A stretch of DNA of 64,000 nucleotides from Saprospiraceae bacterium (GCA_046296435.1 JBKBLI010000002.1:32738-96737), one strand, 5' to 3'. Counted from the stretch's first letter, positions 45,074-55,282 are shown. Notes: a model not told the origin generated them from the sequence alone. Numbers and translations are program-made.

Positions 45074-46066
45074 TCAAAAAAGACTGCCCGCTTCGTAAGC
45101 CCTGTTTTCGCCTTGTCGGCATAGGGCATAGTTGAACCCTTTCTGAACCGCAAAAGCGCCGTGCCGGCCCCGCTTATCCAAGGCGACAAAGCCTACCTGC
45201 GCCTGCCGCGCCTCTTCAGGATACTTATCGACAATGCGCTTAACTGCAATTTCGGCAGCTCTTTGCGGGTGGCGGCCCCGGCGCATCTCTTCTACCACCA
45301 CAAAAGAACCCAGCGTGCGCAGCACCAACTCGCCCAGTCCGGTAGCCGCGGCGGCTCCAACCTCGCCGTCGGCATACATACCGGCGCCGATGATGGGGCT
45401 GTCGCCTACGCGCCCGGGCATCTTAAAGGCCAGGCCGCTGGTAGTACATGCCCCCGAAACGCGACCCTGCCCATCCACGGCGAGGATACCAATGGTATCG
45501 TGGCGTTCTACGTTGATTTTCGGCTTGTATTCGCTGCGTACTTTCCATTCTTCCCACGCCTTTTGCGCCCTTTCGGTCAACAGATCGACCGGCTCAAAGC
45601 CTTGTTCCAGCGCAAAGCGGTAGGCGCCTTCGCCCGATAGCATAACGTGCGGCGTTTTTTCCATCACCAGACGCGCCACGCTTACCGGATGCATGATGTT
45701 GCGCAGAAAACACACGGACCCGGCGCGTCCGGACTCGTCCATGATACAAGCGTCGAGCGTTACTTGACCGGAGTTGTCGGGGAATCCGCCATAGCCTACG
45801 CTACTGTCGTCGGGGTCGGCTTCGGGTACGCGCGCGCCGGCTTCTACGGCATCCAGCGCGCACCCGCCGCGCGCCAACACTTCCCACGCTGCGGCCGTAG
45901 CTTTCACATTGGGGCCCCAGGTAGCGACAACTACCGGCAGCCCCCCACTTCCTGCGCGATGGACTGAGGCGCCCCAAAAGTCAAACAGAGCGCCGGGGTT
46001 TGCCGCCAGAACGGCGGCGGCAGACAGACTTTTTTTCAAAAAATTGCGTCTATAGATAACGGACAT
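45074..46066 (-). CDS. Isoaspartyl peptidase / glycosylasparaginase (Ntn hydrolase) with Tat signal
   Basis: I trimmed the start to the ATG at 46066 (MSVIYRRNFLKKSLSAAAVLA, a twin-arginine motif). The HDTIGILAVD autoprocessing/nucleophile Thr context is present. The overall profile fits the Asparaginase_2 family. Confidence 0.85.
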   Translation of the reverse strand: MSVIYRRNFLKKSLSAAAVLAANPGALFDFWGASVHRAGSGGLPVVVATWGPNVKATAAAWEVLARGGCALDAVEAGARVPEADPDDSSVGYGGFPDNSGQVTLDACIMDESGRAGSVCFLRNIMHPVSVARLVMEKTPHVMLSGEGAYRFALEQGFEPVDLLTERAQKAWEEWKVRSEYKPKINVERHDTIGILAVDGQGRVSGACTTSGLAFKMPGRVGDSPIIGAGMYADGEVGAAAATGLGELVLRTLGSFVVVEEMRRGRHPQRAAEIAVKRIVDKYPEEARQAQVGFVALDKRGRHGAFAVQKGFNYALCRQGENRAYEAGSLF

Positions 46067-46135
46067 AACATCTGATTTGTTAAAATTGCTGCGAATATCG
46101 GACAATTTTGTACTTTTATCACTACACATCTCATT

Positions 46136-46543
46136 ATGCACAAAATAACGCACTTCGTCTTGCTTTCAACGCTTGCTGTCATTACCTTGGCGGGCCTCTC
46201 CCGTTGCGCGCGCCGTCAGGAACAGCCCCAAGACCCCGCTATCTGGAAAAAAATCGCTTTGGACTTCAAGCAAATAGACGAGCAGGGACTAAGCGGACCG
46301 CCCGACGGGAAGACAGCCGTCAATTACGAATTCTGCATCCCTGCCGAAGCGGCCAAATGGAAGGAAGTGTCGCGCATCGACCCCAGCGCCCAAAAGCATG
46401 CGCAATCGAAAGGCCGCGTCCAATGCGGGCCGGATCAATGGCTGGTGATTGGCTCGACCCACCAGCCTGGGTACAAACTGAAGCTCTACAAATTAGCTTC
46501 TCTGCCTTATGTGAGCGCCATCCAACAAACTTTTTGGGAGTGA
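46136..46543 (+). CDS. Hypothetical lipoprotein (135 aa)
   Basis: A signal with a Cys is present (VLLSTLAVITLAGLSRC). I recognise no family. Confidence 0.5.
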   Translation: MHKITHFVLLSTLAVITLAGLSRCARRQEQPQDPAIWKKIALDFKQIDEQGLSGPPDGKTAVNYEFCIPAEAAKWKEVSRIDPSAQKHAQSKGRVQCGPDQWLVIGSTHQPGYKLKLYKLASLPYVSAIQQTFWE

Positions 46544-46622
46544 ACGCCGGACGTGAACTATTGGCCTGCGGCGACTGTTTATGTCGATTGATTTTCACTC
46601 AGACGAAAAAAATAAATAAAAT

Positions 46623-47036
46623 ATGTATCCGATCCAACTAACCGCCCCGATGGCCAAAGATCTGACCGATTACGGATTTGAGTCGCTCACTACGCCCGAA
46701 GAGGTAGAATCCGCTTTGGGAAACAAGCAAGGTACAGCCCTGCTGGTAGTGAATAGCGTATGCGGATGCGCGGCCGCCAATGCGCGGCCGGGGGCCAAGA
46801 TATCGGTCCAGGGCGATAAGCGCCCCGATCGCCTGTTCACCGTTTTTGCCGGGGTGAATACGGAGGCTACAGGCAAAGCCCGCGAGTATCTCCTCCCCTA
46901 CCCGCCCTCTTCGCCCAGCATCGCCTTGTTCAAAGACGGGCAATTGGTGCACTTTTTGGAGCGGCGCCACATAGAGGGCCGTTCGGCGGAGATCATCGCC
47001 GAAAACCTGCGCATGGCCTACGAGCAATATTGCTAA
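46623..47036 (+). CDS. BrxA/BrxB-family bacilliredoxin (YphP/YqiW-like thiol-disulfide oxidoreductase)
   Basis: It is 137 aa. MYPIQLTAPMAKDLTDYGFESLTTPEEV...VNSVCGCAAANARPG carries the family CGC motif. Confidence 0.8.
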   Translation: MYPIQLTAPMAKDLTDYGFESLTTPEEVESALGNKQGTALLVVNSVCGCAAANARPGAKISVQGDKRPDRLFTVFAGVNTEATGKAREYLLPYPPSSPSIALFKDGQLVHFLERRHIEGRSAEIIAENLRMAYEQYC

Positions 47037-47066
47037 GTCTCAAGGGGGCATGCGCCCCTTTAGCGC

Positions 47067-47116
47067 AAAAAAAAGGGCATGGGTGCGACATTGCGGCGTT
47101 CCCATGCCCTTTTTTT
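47067..47116. terminator. Bidirectional intrinsic terminator
   Basis: The structure is A8-GGGCATGGG-(17-nt loop)-CCCATGCCC-T7. It lies between convergent genes ending at 47036 and 47142. Confidence 0.8.
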
Positions 47117-47141
47117 AGAACAAAAAACACATTACGCCGGA

Positions 47142-48464
47142 TCAGGGCGCTTTGGGCTTGGGCAACCAATAAATGACTACCCGCGCATTAGGCTGGAAAT
47201 ATTTGCGGGCCACGCGGCGCAGGTCTTCGCGGGTTACCTTGCGGTAGCGCTCCAGTTCGGTATTGATCAGGTTGGCGTCGCCGTAGTACATCTCGTAGTT
47301 GGCAAGACTCTCTGCAATGCCGGCCACGGTATTGTTGGCGCTCACAAAATCGCTTTCGATCTGGTTGAGCAGTTTTTGGAATTCACGCTCAGATACCAAG
47401 TTATTTTGCACATCCTCAATTACGGCATTCATGGCGCGTTCGAGGTCGGCGGGGTCCACGCCCAGGTTGGCAATGCCGAACATCAGGTTGGCGCCCGGGT
47501 CTTCGAGATCCAGCGCAAATGAGCCTGCGAAAACAGCCTTTTGCTGCTCGTCCACGATGATCTTTTGCATGCGGCTGCTCTCGCCCTGACTGAGCAATTG
47601 TCCCAGCATCTTGACGGCGTAAAAATCGGGGGTCCCCTGCGCCGGGATGTGATAGCTCATCACTACGGCAGGCAATTGCACATTGTCAAAAAAGGTGTCG
47701 CGGCGCTCGGCGGTAATGGGCGGCTCCTGTATTTTCGGACGATAAATAGGACCTTCGCCGCGAGGGATATCCCTGAAGTAAACATCGATGAGCCGCTTGG
47801 TTTGCGCAATGTCAATATCGCCGGCGATGGAAAGGATGGCGTTGTCCGGACGATAGAAGTCCTTGTAAAACTGCTGGTAATCTTGCTCGGTGGCGGCGTC
47901 AAGGTGGTCCATGGAGCCAATGACCGACCAGCGGTAGGGGTGCACGGTGAACGTGCGCTTCATGGTCTCCTCAAGCAGGCGGCCGTAGGGCTGATTGTCC
48001 GTGCGCTGGCGCCGCTCTTCTTTGACCACCTGACGCTGGGTTTCGATGCCGATAGGCTCGACCTTGGCGTGCAACATGCGTTCGCTTTCGAGCCAGAGGC
48101 CGAGGGCCAGTTGGTTACTGGGGAGCACCTCGTAATAATAGGTGCGGTCGTACCACGTATTGGCATTGTTCATGCCGCCGGCTTTGTTGATGTAGTCGTC
48201 AAATTCGCCCCGGGCGATATTTTCGGAACCTTCGAAGAGCAGGTGCTCAAAAAAGTGCGCAAATCCTGTGCGCTCCGGGTTTTCGTTTTTGGAGCCGACA
48301 TGATACATTACCGAAACCGCTACGATCGGGGTGCTGTGGTCCTCATGCAAGATCACTTTGAGGCCGTTGGGCAACTCGTATTTGACGAATTGGATGTTCT
48401 GCGCGCCGACCGCGGCTACAGACGCGATCAGCGTCAGGGATAAGATCAATTTTTTCATATGCAT
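47142..48464 (-). CDS. M16 family (pitrilysin/insulinase-like) zinc peptidase
   Basis: It has a signal peptide and the inverted zinc motif HFFEHLLFEG (HxxEH). The start is 48464 (MHMKK) or 48458 (MKK). Confidence 0.85.
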   Translation of the reverse strand: MHMKKLILSLTLIASVAAVGAQNIQFVKYELPNGLKVILHEDHSTPIVAVSVMYHVGSKNENPERTGFAHFFEHLLFEGSENIARGEFDDYINKAGGMNNANTWYDRTYYYEVLPSNQLALGLWLESERMLHAKVEPIGIETQRQVVKEERRQRTDNQPYGRLLEETMKRTFTVHPYRWSVIGSMDHLDAATEQDYQQFYKDFYRPDNAILSIAGDIDIAQTKRLIDVYFRDIPRGEGPIYRPKIQEPPITAERRDTFFDNVQLPAVVMSYHIPAQGTPDFYAVKMLGQLLSQGESSRMQKIIVDEQQKAVFAGSFALDLEDPGANLMFGIANLGVDPADLERAMNAVIEDVQNNLVSEREFQKLLNQIESDFVSANNTVAGIAESLANYEMYYGDANLINTELERYRKVTREDLRRVARKYFQPNARVVIYWLPKPKAP

Positions 48465-48480
48465 TTTTCAAAAAAGTGCT

Positions 48481-48488
48481 CAAAGTTA
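48481..48488 (-). promoter_or_regulatory. Putative -7 box (TAnnTTTG)
   Basis: TAACTTTG on the minus strand lies 16 nt upstream of the ATG at 48464. Confidence 0.45.
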
Positions 48489-48556
48489 CGCCGGCTTGGC
48501 ATTTCGATCGCTTTTTTTAGACAAAAAAGATGCGGCGCGGCGTCGGTCGGAACAAT

Positions 48557-49567
48557 TCAATCTTTTTTCGCCATCTCGATCGTTCGGATGGGATATGGAA
48601 TCACGATGCCTTCGCGGGCGTAACGCTTGTGCAGAGCCTTGATGAAATCGTGCCGCAACTTGAACTGATCGTTGTACTCCCGGGCGCGCATGATGACATT
48701 GAAGTTGATGCTGAAGTCGGCAAATGCGTTGTAACGCACCCGCGGCTCGAAATCCCGGACGGCGCCTTCGTGCTCCTGCTGCATCTGCGTAGCCACCTCC
48801 AGCGTTACGCGCTCGACGCGCTCCAGATCGCTGTCGTAGTGCACGCCCACCGGCACGGTGATCAGGATCTCCGTCTCAGGCAGCCACGCATTGGTGAAAA
48901 TAGATGTAGAAAGTTTGGCGTTGGGCACCACAAGCATCAGGTTGAAACGGGTGCGAATGGTGACGTAGCGCCATGTGATGTCGGTCACAAACCCCTCCTC
49001 CCCATTATCGAGCCGGATAAAATCGCCCGGGCGGATCTTGCGCGATGCGATGATTTGTATGCCGGCAAACAGATTGCTCAAGGTATCCTGCAAAGCCAAA
49101 GCCACAGCCAGACCGCCGACGCCCAAAGCCGTGAGGGCCGGAGCAATCGGCACGCCAAGATTCTGAAGCAGGATCAGCAAGCCAACAAGAAAAACGACAA
49201 GCCGGGCAATATTCTGCAACAAACTGACCGCGCCGACCGAATTGCCCAAATCCTCCGAGCGCATGTCTATATAGCGCCCTAACAAACGCCCCAGATATAT
49301 CGTGGCCATCAGGATACCGACCACTTCCCAAACCTTAGTGAATATCCTCTGTAGCGGCGCCTGCAAAAAACCCTGCTGCAAAATCAGCCCCAAGGCCATC
49401 AAAAACCAGAAAAAGTATGACGCCCCATTGAGCGAACGCAGAATCGGAGCATGCCGGACGACCCTTCTGACAAGATAGCGCTGCGTGATCCAGCCCAACA
49501 CAATCGCCACGGTCAGCGCGATGGACGAAAACAAAATGGCATTGAGGATTTCGGCGGTGAGTTGCAT
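48557..49567 (-). CDS. Mechanosensitive ion channel (MscS family)
   Basis: I trimmed the start to the ATG at 49567 (MQLTAEILNAI...). TM helices are followed by an MscS beta-domain (GDFIRLDNGEEGFVTDITWRYVTIRT). Confidence 0.85.
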   Translation of the reverse strand: MQLTAEILNAILFSSIALTVAIVLGWITQRYLVRRVVRHAPILRSLNGASYFFWFLMALGLILQQGFLQAPLQRIFTKVWEVVGILMATIYLGRLLGRYIDMRSEDLGNSVGAVSLLQNIARLVVFLVGLLILLQNLGVPIAPALTALGVGGLAVALALQDTLSNLFAGIQIIASRKIRPGDFIRLDNGEEGFVTDITWRYVTIRTRFNLMLVVPNAKLSTSIFTNAWLPETEILITVPVGVHYDSDLERVERVTLEVATQMQQEHEGAVRDFEPRVRYNAFADFSINFNVIMRAREYNDQFKLRHDFIKALHKRYAREGIVIPYPIRTIEMAKKD

Positions 49568-49769
49568 ATTTTTTGTTAGAAAAAAGGGAAAAAAGGAATA
49601 AAACCGACGCCAAAAGTCGGCCAATCATAGATTTGAAACCCCCGATAAATGATTTTTGTTCGCCCGCGCGATTATTTTTTGTCGAACGCCAGTAACGTGA
49701 AACTCTTTTCGCGCACGCCAGCGTTTTTACTAAAAATTTGATTATACGACTTTTTTACAAAAAAACAAA

Positions 49770-50393
49770 ATGAATTACTACGCTAACTCCACCTCCGAGC
49801 CGATTCTCAAAAATCAGAATAAGCGACCGCGCGCGTTCCTTTTTTGCTTGGCAGCCGCAATTTTTTTGCCTGCCACAAGATGTGCAAGCGACGCCGAGCA
49901 GGAATGTAACCAAGTAAAGGCCGAGTGCGACGCGCTGCTCAGACAGCTCTCCGCCCTGCGCGAACAAGCAGACTCGCTCACCCGCAAACAGCGCGCTTTG
50001 AAAGAGGAGCGGATAGCATGTAAACGCAGCATCAGTTTACACAATCGCGATGCAGAAACTTTAGCTAACCAACTCGAAGAAGCCAAACGAGATGAACAAC
50101 GCTTTCAGGATGAGTGGTGCTTTTTATGGGATCAATCCTGCAGAAGAAATCGGGAGCAGAATGTTGCACGGTGTAGAGAGACCCAACGCGAAATCCTCCT
50201 TGCGAAAGAGAGGCATTTGGCGACAGTGGATTCCTTAGAGCTGGAAGTCGAGACGCTGGAAGAAATGATACAGGAGTTAGCCCCCCCGCTAAAAAAAGCT
50301 GAAGAACTGATCAACGACACAAAGGTCAAATTAGACTCTTGCAATACACGATACATGCGGCTGTGCCCGGAATTGCGCCATGTCGAGAAATGA
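49770..50393 (+). CDS. Hypothetical Cys-containing coiled-coil protein, possible lipoprotein (207 aa)
   Basis: A hydrophobic segment ending in Cys (FLFCLAAAIFLPATRC) is followed by heptad-like Q/E/R/L-rich sequence. I recognise no family. Confidence 0.5.
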   Translation: MNYYANSTSEPILKNQNKRPRAFLFCLAAAIFLPATRCASDAEQECNQVKAECDALLRQLSALREQADSLTRKQRALKEERIACKRSISLHNRDAETLANQLEEAKRDEQRFQDEWCFLWDQSCRRNREQNVARCRETQREILLAKERHLATVDSLELEVETLEEMIQELAPPLKKAEELINDTKVKLDSCNTRYMRLCPELRHVEK

Positions 50394-50543
50394 GCCGCTG
50401 CGTCCGCGCATCTTGAAAACCCCTGCAGTCTGCTTCAGGCGGCAGTGCAGCGTTGTTCTGCAATGGCGTCGCAACTTTTACGCCGGCGCGGTCGTTTTAG
50501 AGCGCAACTTGTGCCGGCGCGAGCCGGCGCTAACCACAAATTC

Positions 50544-51749
50544 ATGCGCGCCAATCAGTACGATTACATCATTGCAGGGGCCGGTTTGGCCGGTCTGAGC
50601 CTTGCCGCCGGTATGGCGCGGCGTCCTTTTTTTTCGAAAAAACGCATTCTGCTGCTCGACCGCGACGACAAGACGCGCAACGACCGTACCTGGTGCTTCT
50701 GGGCCAAAGACGAGGAGGCGCTGCCGCCCGTCGCAGCGCGGGAGTGGGCCAAGGGACGGGTGTTGGCGCCCGACCTGGATACCGACATGCGCATGGACGG
50801 ATACCGCTACCGCATGGTGCGGAGCGCCGATTTCTACGCCTGGGCCAAAAGCGAGGCGGCCGCCCACCCTCAACTCGATTTTGTACAGACCACCATCCGC
50901 AGCATCGAGCCGAACGAAGGGCGCGTTCTGACAGATGCAGGCGCGTTCGAAGCGGAATGGGTATTCAATAGCGCTTTTGCGCCGGCGGGTCTGCTGCCGC
51001 CCGCGGGCGGCGCCTATGCCGGATCGCCGTTCAGCGCGGGCGCGAACGTGGGCGAGGGTCGCTATTCGTTTTTTTTGCAGCACTTCAAAGGGCGATTCCT
51101 GCGCGTCGGACGCGACGCCTTCGATCCGGAGCAAATCACGCTGATGGATTTCAGAATACCGCAGCGCGGCGAAACGCGCTTCGTGTACGTCCTACCCTTC
51201 GGCAAGCGAGAGGCGCTCGTTGAATTCACCGTTTTTTCGCCCGCGCTGCTGCCGGCTGAGGCGTACGAGGCGGCGCTGAACGACTACCTGCGCAATTGCC
51301 TCAAGCTCGACGCGTGGGATATTTTCGAAGAAGAGTTTGGCGTCATCCCGATGACCGACCTGCCGCTGCGCTCCGAAATCAGGGGGCGCGAGATCGCCAT
51401 CGGCACGGCGGGAGGCTTCGTCAAGGCTTCGAGCGGCTACGCCTTCAAACGCACCTGGCGCAAGATCGGCGCCCTGCTCGACGATTGGGAGCGCTCCGGC
51501 AGGCCCCGTCCCCGGCTCATGCGCTCGCCTGCCCGATTTGCTTTTTTTGACAGCGTGTTGTTACAGGTGCTGCGCAACGGGGAGATTGGCGGCGCCGAAG
51601 CCTTTGCGGCCTTGTACCGCAAGCTGCCGGCCTCGCTCGTGCTCCGCTTTTTAGACGAAGATAGCTCATGGACCGATAACCTGCGCGTGATGGCGGCGGC
51701 GCCCCGAGGCCCCTTCCTCAAAGCCGCTTTTCAAAAAATACTGCGCTGA
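50544..51749 (+). CDS. Lycopene cyclase family protein (CrtY-like)
   Basis: I trimmed the start to the ATG at 50544 (MRANQYDYIIAGAGLAGLSLA, an FAD/NAD fold). The length and profile match the lycopene cyclase family. Confidence 0.75.
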   Translation: MRANQYDYIIAGAGLAGLSLAAGMARRPFFSKKRILLLDRDDKTRNDRTWCFWAKDEEALPPVAAREWAKGRVLAPDLDTDMRMDGYRYRMVRSADFYAWAKSEAAAHPQLDFVQTTIRSIEPNEGRVLTDAGAFEAEWVFNSAFAPAGLLPPAGGAYAGSPFSAGANVGEGRYSFFLQHFKGRFLRVGRDAFDPEQITLMDFRIPQRGETRFVYVLPFGKREALVEFTVFSPALLPAEAYEAALNDYLRNCLKLDAWDIFEEEFGVIPMTDLPLRSEIRGREIAIGTAGGFVKASSGYAFKRTWRKIGALLDDWERSGRPRPRLMRSPARFAFFDSVLLQVLRNGEIGGAEAFAALYRKLPASLVLRFLDEDSSWTDNLRVMAAAPRGPFLKAAFQKILR

Positions 51750-51753
51750 CGAC

Positions 51754-52404
51754 ATGAAACACGCTTTACTTCCACTCCCGCCCGCGCTCCCACCCTGCCC
51801 CCGCATTGGCGTCACGGGCGGTATTGGCAGCGGCAAAAGCTTGGTATGCCGCATGCTGTCCGCTCTGTCCGGCGCGCCCGTTTACGACGCTGACACGCGC
51901 GCCAAGGCCCTTATCGAAAGCGACGCCGGAGTGCGTAGGGCTGTCGCAGCCCTGTTGGGAGACGAGGCCTACGGACCTGACGGCGCGTACCAACGGGCCT
52001 ATGTGGCCGAAAGGGTTTTTGGCAATCCGGCCCTCCTGCAGGCGCTCAACGCCATCGTGCACCCAGCAGTGGAGGCCGACAGCCGACAATGGCACGAAGC
52101 GCAATGTGCAGCCGGAGCGCCTTACACGCTCAAGGAGGCCGCCCTGCTGGTCGAAAGCGGCGCCTGGAGGTATCTCGATTTGCTGATCGTCGTGACGGCG
52201 CCCGAAGACCTGCGCCTCGACAGAACCATACAACGCGACCAGACCAACGCCGAAGCCGTGCGCATGCGCATGCGACGCCAATGGCCCGAGGACGAACTGC
52301 TGCGACACGCGCACATCCAGATCGCCAACGACGGCAAGCGCCTGCTTGGCCCTCAGATCTGGGCCGCCCATCGCGCCATTGTAGGGATCCGGGCAAGGGC
52401 GTGA
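51754..52404 (+). CDS. coaE: Dephospho-CoA kinase
   Basis: The P-loop IGVTGGIGSGKS and the downstream YDADTRAK are present, with a typical CoaE profile. Confidence 0.85.
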   Translation: MKHALLPLPPALPPCPRIGVTGGIGSGKSLVCRMLSALSGAPVYDADTRAKALIESDAGVRRAVAALLGDEAYGPDGAYQRAYVAERVFGNPALLQALNAIVHPAVEADSRQWHEAQCAAGAPYTLKEAALLVESGAWRYLDLLIVVTAPEDLRLDRTIQRDQTNAEAVRMRMRRQWPEDELLRHAHIQIANDGKRLLGPQIWAAHRAIVGIRARA

Positions 52405-52498
52405 GTCCGCCAAAGGATGTGAGGCGCGGAGACCTTGCGCGCCTCTCGCCCGATACCCGCGCCTTGCGCCTCGCCTCCGCCGCGTCGTTGCGCCAAAC

Positions 52499-52536
52499 AA
52501 AAAACGTCGCTCCCAAGCAGGGAAGCGACGCTTTTT
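52499..52536. terminator. Bidirectional intrinsic terminator
   Basis: The structure is A6-CGTCGCT-(12-nt loop)-AGCGACG-C-T5. It lies between convergent coaE (ends 52404) and the DUF1573 gene (ends 52568). Confidence 0.65.
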
Positions 52537-52567
52537 ATTTGTCAAACCTTTATTGTGTTGGCCGGAA

Positions 52568-52999
52568 TTATTGCTTCAGGCCGGAATTGCTCGGCGGAAC
52601 GGCTTCTTGAGAGCCTGTGTCGTTGACCTTGCCTTTGATGGTCAGCGTACGCGAATCGTTGCCGGTCTCGTTGGTCGTGATGGTCACCGTTTTGTTGAAA
52701 GCGCCAACGCGCTGGGTATCGTAGCGGACTTCGATCACGCTGCTTTCGCCGGGCATAATAGGCTCTTTAGAGTAATTGGGCACCGTGCAACCGCAGGAGC
52801 CTTTGGCGCTCTTGATGATGAGCGGCTCGTTACCGGTGTTGGTGAATTTGAATTTGCGGAGCGGTTCAGCGCCTTTGTCAATCGTACCATAGTCGATGGT
52901 CGTCGTTTCAAAGGTCATAACAGGTCCGTTTTGGCTTTGCGCAGCAGCAAAGAAGGCGCCGAAAAGAACGAAAGCGAATACAGAAAGCAACTGCTTCAT
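52568..52999 (-). CDS. DUF1573 domain protein (secreted)
   Basis: I trimmed the start to the ATG at 52999 (MKQLLSVFAFVLFGAFFAAAQ). FETTTIDYGTIDKGAEPLRKFKFTNTGNEPLIIKSAKGSCGCTVP is the DUF1573 signature. Confidence 0.8.
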   Translation of the reverse strand: MKQLLSVFAFVLFGAFFAAAQSQNGPVMTFETTTIDYGTIDKGAEPLRKFKFTNTGNEPLIIKSAKGSCGCTVPNYSKEPIMPGESSVIEVRYDTQRVGAFNKTVTITTNETGNDSRTLTIKGKVNDTGSQEAVPPSNSGLKQ

Positions 53000-53053
53000 G
53001 GATGTGATGTTTTTTGATGACAGATAATGTAAATTGCTCTTTGAATGATGCTG

Positions 53054-53061
53054 CAAAGGTA
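53054..53061 (-). promoter_or_regulatory. Putative -7 box (TAnnTTTG)
   Basis: TACCTTTG on the minus strand lies 54 nt upstream of the ATG at 52999. Confidence 0.4.
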
Positions 53062-53341
53062 TAGGGGTTTCTGCCGACGCGCCAAGCATCCCGCTGTTAA
53101 TGTTGTTCAAACAAAGTGAAAATATTTTCAACATATTGAAAAACAACGATTTACAAATATATTAAAAGTTTACCATGACCAAAGATCCTAATTTTGCAGA
53201 TGCGCCTGTTGCGCAAACGAAATCGATATCCGGCACAGAGGCTGCGATTTTGACCCGCGCCCGCGCGCTCAAACGTTTTTTTTAACAAGCGAATGCAATC
53301 CAACGCAACAAAGGCGGGTCGGATGCGGTTGATAGAAGCGC

Positions 53342-55123
53342 ATGGATAAAACGGAACAAAGAAAAAAACGAGCAGGGCTACTCGTCCGGGTCATTGCCTT
53401 GGCGAAGCCCTACAAACGCGTGTTGGTCGCATGTCTTGCGCTTACCCTGGTGCTGGCCGCGATGGCCGTTCTGCGTCCGAAGCTCTTGCAGAATATGGTG
53501 GACAACTATGTGACCAACGGCGACGTAGGCGGTATGACCGTTATGGCCGCCGTGATATTCGGCATTTTGCTGATGGAAGCGATCCTGCGGTATTTTTTTC
53601 TGTATCACGCCGACTGGATCGGGCAATCGGTCATTCGGGACTTGCGAACCCGCGTTTTTGACCATATCATTCGGCTGCGGCTGCGTTATTTCGATCAGAC
53701 GCCCATCGGCCAAAGCACTACCCGCACCATCAACGATATTGAGGCGATCAACACCGTATTCACGGAGGGCAGCGTGACCATTTTGGCCGATCTGCTGACC
53801 TTAGCGGCCGTATTGATTGTCATGTTTGTCACTTCCTGGAAGTTGACGCTGGTGGTGATCAGCGTATTTCCGCTGTTGATCTGGAGCAGTTACCAGTTTA
53901 AGGAGGCCGTGCGCAAGAGCTATGAGGCGGTGCGCAACCAGGTGGCGGCGATGAATTCATTCCTACAGGAGCATATCAGCGGTATGCGCATTGTGCAGAT
54001 TTTCAACGCCGAGGCGCGCGAGGCCGAAAAGTTTCGCCGCATCAATCGCGATTACACTGCCGCCAACCTCAAGGCGGTATTGGCGTACGCCATATTTTTC
54101 CCGGCGGTGGACATCATGTCGGCCATGTCGCTGGGGCTGATGGTATGGTATGGAGCGCGGGGCGTGCTGACCGATGAAGTGACCTTGGGGGTCTTGGTTG
54201 TCTTTCCGTTGTACATATCTATGCTGTATCGCCCCATTCGCATGTTGGCCGATCGCTTCAATACCCTGCAAATGGGCTTGATCGCCGCCGAAAGGGTTTT
54301 CAAACTTTTAGAAACAGAAACGCCGCCGCGTCAGAGCGGCGATTTTGCGCCCGATCGCTTAATCGGCGAAGTGCGTTTTGACGATGTGACTTTTTCGTAC
54401 GCCGACCAAATAGAGGATGCCGTACTGCGCAATGTCAGCTTCAGCATAGCGCCCGGACAGACTTTAGCCATCGTAGGAAGCACCGGCAGCGGCAAAAGCA
54501 CCATCATTGGCTTGATCAATCGCCTGTACGATATCCAACAAGGGAGCATACAGATCGACAGCCGCGACATCCGCGAATACCAACTCTCCGCGCTGCGCCG
54601 ACGCATCGCCGTAGTGCTTCAGGATGTATTCCTTTTTTCGGGCAGCGTGTTGGACAATATCACCTTGCGCAACGAATCCATCAGCCGCGAGCGGGCCATC
54701 GAGGCGGCGCGCATGGTCGGGGCGCACGACTTTATTATGCGCTTGCCAGGCCAATACGATTTTCAGGTGATGGAGCGAGGAGCAACCCTGTCCATGGGCC
54801 AACGCCAATTGATCAGTTTTGCACGAGCGCTCGCTTTTGACCCCGATATCCTGATCCTCGACGAGGCCACCTCATCCATAGACCCGGAATCGGAAGCCCT
54901 GATCCAACACGCCATCGAAACGCTCATCGATCGCCGTACCAGCATCATAGTGGCGCATCGCCTGAGCACCATACGCCACGCCAATTATATATTGGTACTG
55001 GAAAAAGGCCGCGTAGTCGAGTACGGCAGCCACGAGCAACTGCTCGCCTCGCCCATCGGCAAATACCGCGAACTGTACGAAAAACAATTTGCCGCCGCCG
55101 CGCATGAGGCCGCCGACGCCTGA
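53342..55123 (+). CDS. ABC transporter, fused permease/ATPase (MsbA/multidrug-exporter-like)
   Basis: A six-helix TMD is followed by an NBD. Walker A (GSTGSGKST), the signature (LSMGQRQ) and Walker B (ILILDEATS) are present. Confidence 0.9.
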   Translation: MDKTEQRKKRAGLLVRVIALAKPYKRVLVACLALTLVLAAMAVLRPKLLQNMVDNYVTNGDVGGMTVMAAVIFGILLMEAILRYFFLYHADWIGQSVIRDLRTRVFDHIIRLRLRYFDQTPIGQSTTRTINDIEAINTVFTEGSVTILADLLTLAAVLIVMFVTSWKLTLVVISVFPLLIWSSYQFKEAVRKSYEAVRNQVAAMNSFLQEHISGMRIVQIFNAEAREAEKFRRINRDYTAANLKAVLAYAIFFPAVDIMSAMSLGLMVWYGARGVLTDEVTLGVLVVFPLYISMLYRPIRMLADRFNTLQMGLIAAERVFKLLETETPPRQSGDFAPDRLIGEVRFDDVTFSYADQIEDAVLRNVSFSIAPGQTLAIVGSTGSGKSTIIGLINRLYDIQQGSIQIDSRDIREYQLSALRRRIAVVLQDVFLFSGSVLDNITLRNESISRERAIEAARMVGAHDFIMRLPGQYDFQVMERGATLSMGQRQLISFARALAFDPDILILDEATSSIDPESEALIQHAIETLIDRRTSIIVAHRLSTIRHANYILVLEKGRVVEYGSHEQLLASPIGKYRELYEKQFAAAAHEAADA

Positions 55124-55245
55124 AGCGCAGGTTCTGGCAGGCTACGAGCATGACCATCGGCGTCGTAAACGGCAATTGCAACGCCCCCAAAAAGCGCGCT
55201 TGGCTTTTTTTTGAAAAAACGGCCACCCATTCAGCGAAAATTCGC

Positions 55246-55253
55246 TAACTTTG
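55246..55253 (+). promoter_or_regulatory. Putative -7 box (TAnnTTTG)
   Basis: TAACTTTG lies 29 nt upstream of the ATG at 55283. Confidence 0.45.
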
Positions 55254-55282
55254 CAGCAAGTTTAATTTTAGAACATATAGAC

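Noticed and set aside
46623-47036. 'BrxA/BrxB' read as a hint of a BREX phage-defence system.
   Set aside because: The name clash is coincidental. This is the bacilliredoxin (YphP/YqiW, CGC-motif) family. No BREX genes (PglX, PglZ, BrxC, BrxL) are nearby.
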